Shown: positions 63,122-64,000 of the stretch, piece after piece
Numbering within the stretch: the first letter of the stretch is position 1
How the letters are laid out: every line of letters starts with the position of its first letter
Assembly: GCA_964470555.1 (NCBI GenBank)
Contig: CAYYDG010000005.1
Location: 123,288 to 187,287, forward strand
DNA: 64,000 bases
Source of the DNA: an uncultured Heliomicrobium sp.
GTDB taxonomy: Bacteria > Acidobacteriota > Blastocatellia > RBC074
Reading direction: 5' to 3'
Program-made: the position numbers and the translations under genes
The notes under the pieces: generated by a model
What the model was told of the DNA's origin: nothing
Database searches by the model: none
Seen by the model: only the letters and a program-made list of their open reading frames with translations

Positions 63122-64000
63122 ATGAAACCGTTATCTCCGACTTCGCCGCTTGTGCCGGTGAAATTTCCTGCGCCTGTCTCCGCCAAGCGCTCGTTCGGGC
63201 AAGGCTCGCATTGGAAAACACGCCTGGAACATTCCGACGCGCCTGCTTTGTGGAATGCCTTGCACAGAATGGTGTCGTCGCATCCGCTGGTGCGTACCAC
63301 GCTCGGCAATTCGCACAATGGCTGTCCTTCTCCCCATTTATCCATTCACGACCTGACCCAGGATTTATATGTTTTGTTGCTCCAAAAAGGTCGGTTCAAC
63401 CATTACCTGGCCGCTGGCATGACCGATGCTGAAATCGAGCGGGAAATTTTCCAGATTGAATTGACCAACCTGTTGATCGGCAATTTGCGCCGCAGCCGCC
63501 CGGAAAATTATCGCATCGTGCGCCGAATCAGTCAGGCGTTGGACACCGATCCCAGTTTTCGCCGTTTTCGCCGTCATCGAAAACAGAATCCAGACCAGGT
63601 GGAACGGTATGGTCAGGCCGCCGATGCCGTATTCGGGCTGAGCGATTGGAGCGACGACAAACTCATGCTGGATTGCGGCAAGTTTGAAGATCAGATCGCC
63701 AACATACACATTCGCCGCCGCAATCTTCGCCGCACCGGATGCACAGGCGAAACCCAGGTCATCGTCAGCAATCAGGAACTGGTGGAATTGATGGTGGAAA
63801 TCTTCGAAGCCATTGATTCGCCCGCTCCGTTGCGCGTGTTGCGACAACTGGCGTTGAGCAAGTTGCCAGTTTTCGACCCGATGCTGACTTCGATTGACGA
63901 CGAAATCGGCGACGAGCGACAGGGACGCAATTACAACGATTCGCTCGCTTCCGCTGAAGCCAACCCTGAAGAAATCACAGTGCGCAACGAAGAGGAAATC
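63122..64000 (+). CDS. Divergent sigma-70-like protein, 5' part (runs off the window)
   Basis: Hand translation: 293 codons without a stop; [12 protein letters not shown] (region 2.1-like), [26 protein letters not shown]...[12 protein letters not shown]. Confidence 0.65.
   Translation, partial: MKPLSPTSPLVPVKFPAPVSAKRSFGQGSHWKTRLEHSDAPALWNALHRMVSSHPLVRTTLGNSHNGCPSPHLSIHDLTQDLYVLLLQKGRFNHYLAAGMTDAEIEREIFQIELTNLLIGNLRRSRPENYRIVRRISQALDTDPSFRRFRRHRKQNPDQVERYGQAADAVFGLSDWSDDKLMLDCGKFEDQIANIHIRRRNLRRTGCTGETQVIVSNQELVELMVEIFEAIDSPAPLRVLRQLALSKLPVFDPMLTSIDDEIGDERQGRNYNDSLASAEANPEEITVRNEEEI

Overview
Chromosomal window from a GC-rich bacterium. Acidobacteriota (probably Blastocatellia) is inferred from a TIGR03437-type C-terminal domain, a TIGR02999-type ECF sigma/kinase pair, bshA/bshB1 and many secreted hypothetical proteins. 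The backbone is housekeeping and envelope genes (serS, galU-like, gdhA, larE, bshB1-bshA, mog, mgtE, argF, glycosyltransferases, OmpA-like protein). Solitary accessory or defence-like insertions interrupt it: a NotI-family/Dam-like R-M pair, a DUF4062-STAND-TPR NLR-like protein with a mosaic GC profile, an Rpn nuclease with an in-frame TGA but an intact internal antitoxin-like start, and two TA-like modules. An ECF sigma + membrane Ser/Thr kinase-WD40 cassette lies divergent from a crystallin-domain gene and an 1819-aa Kelch/Ig surface protein. Four coding segments absent from the ORF track were read by hand (2-148, 1921-2034, 2068-2301, 63122-64000). No rRNA, tRNA, CRISPR array, integrase or reverse transcriptase was seen. 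All family assignments come from motif recognition by eye, not database searches.
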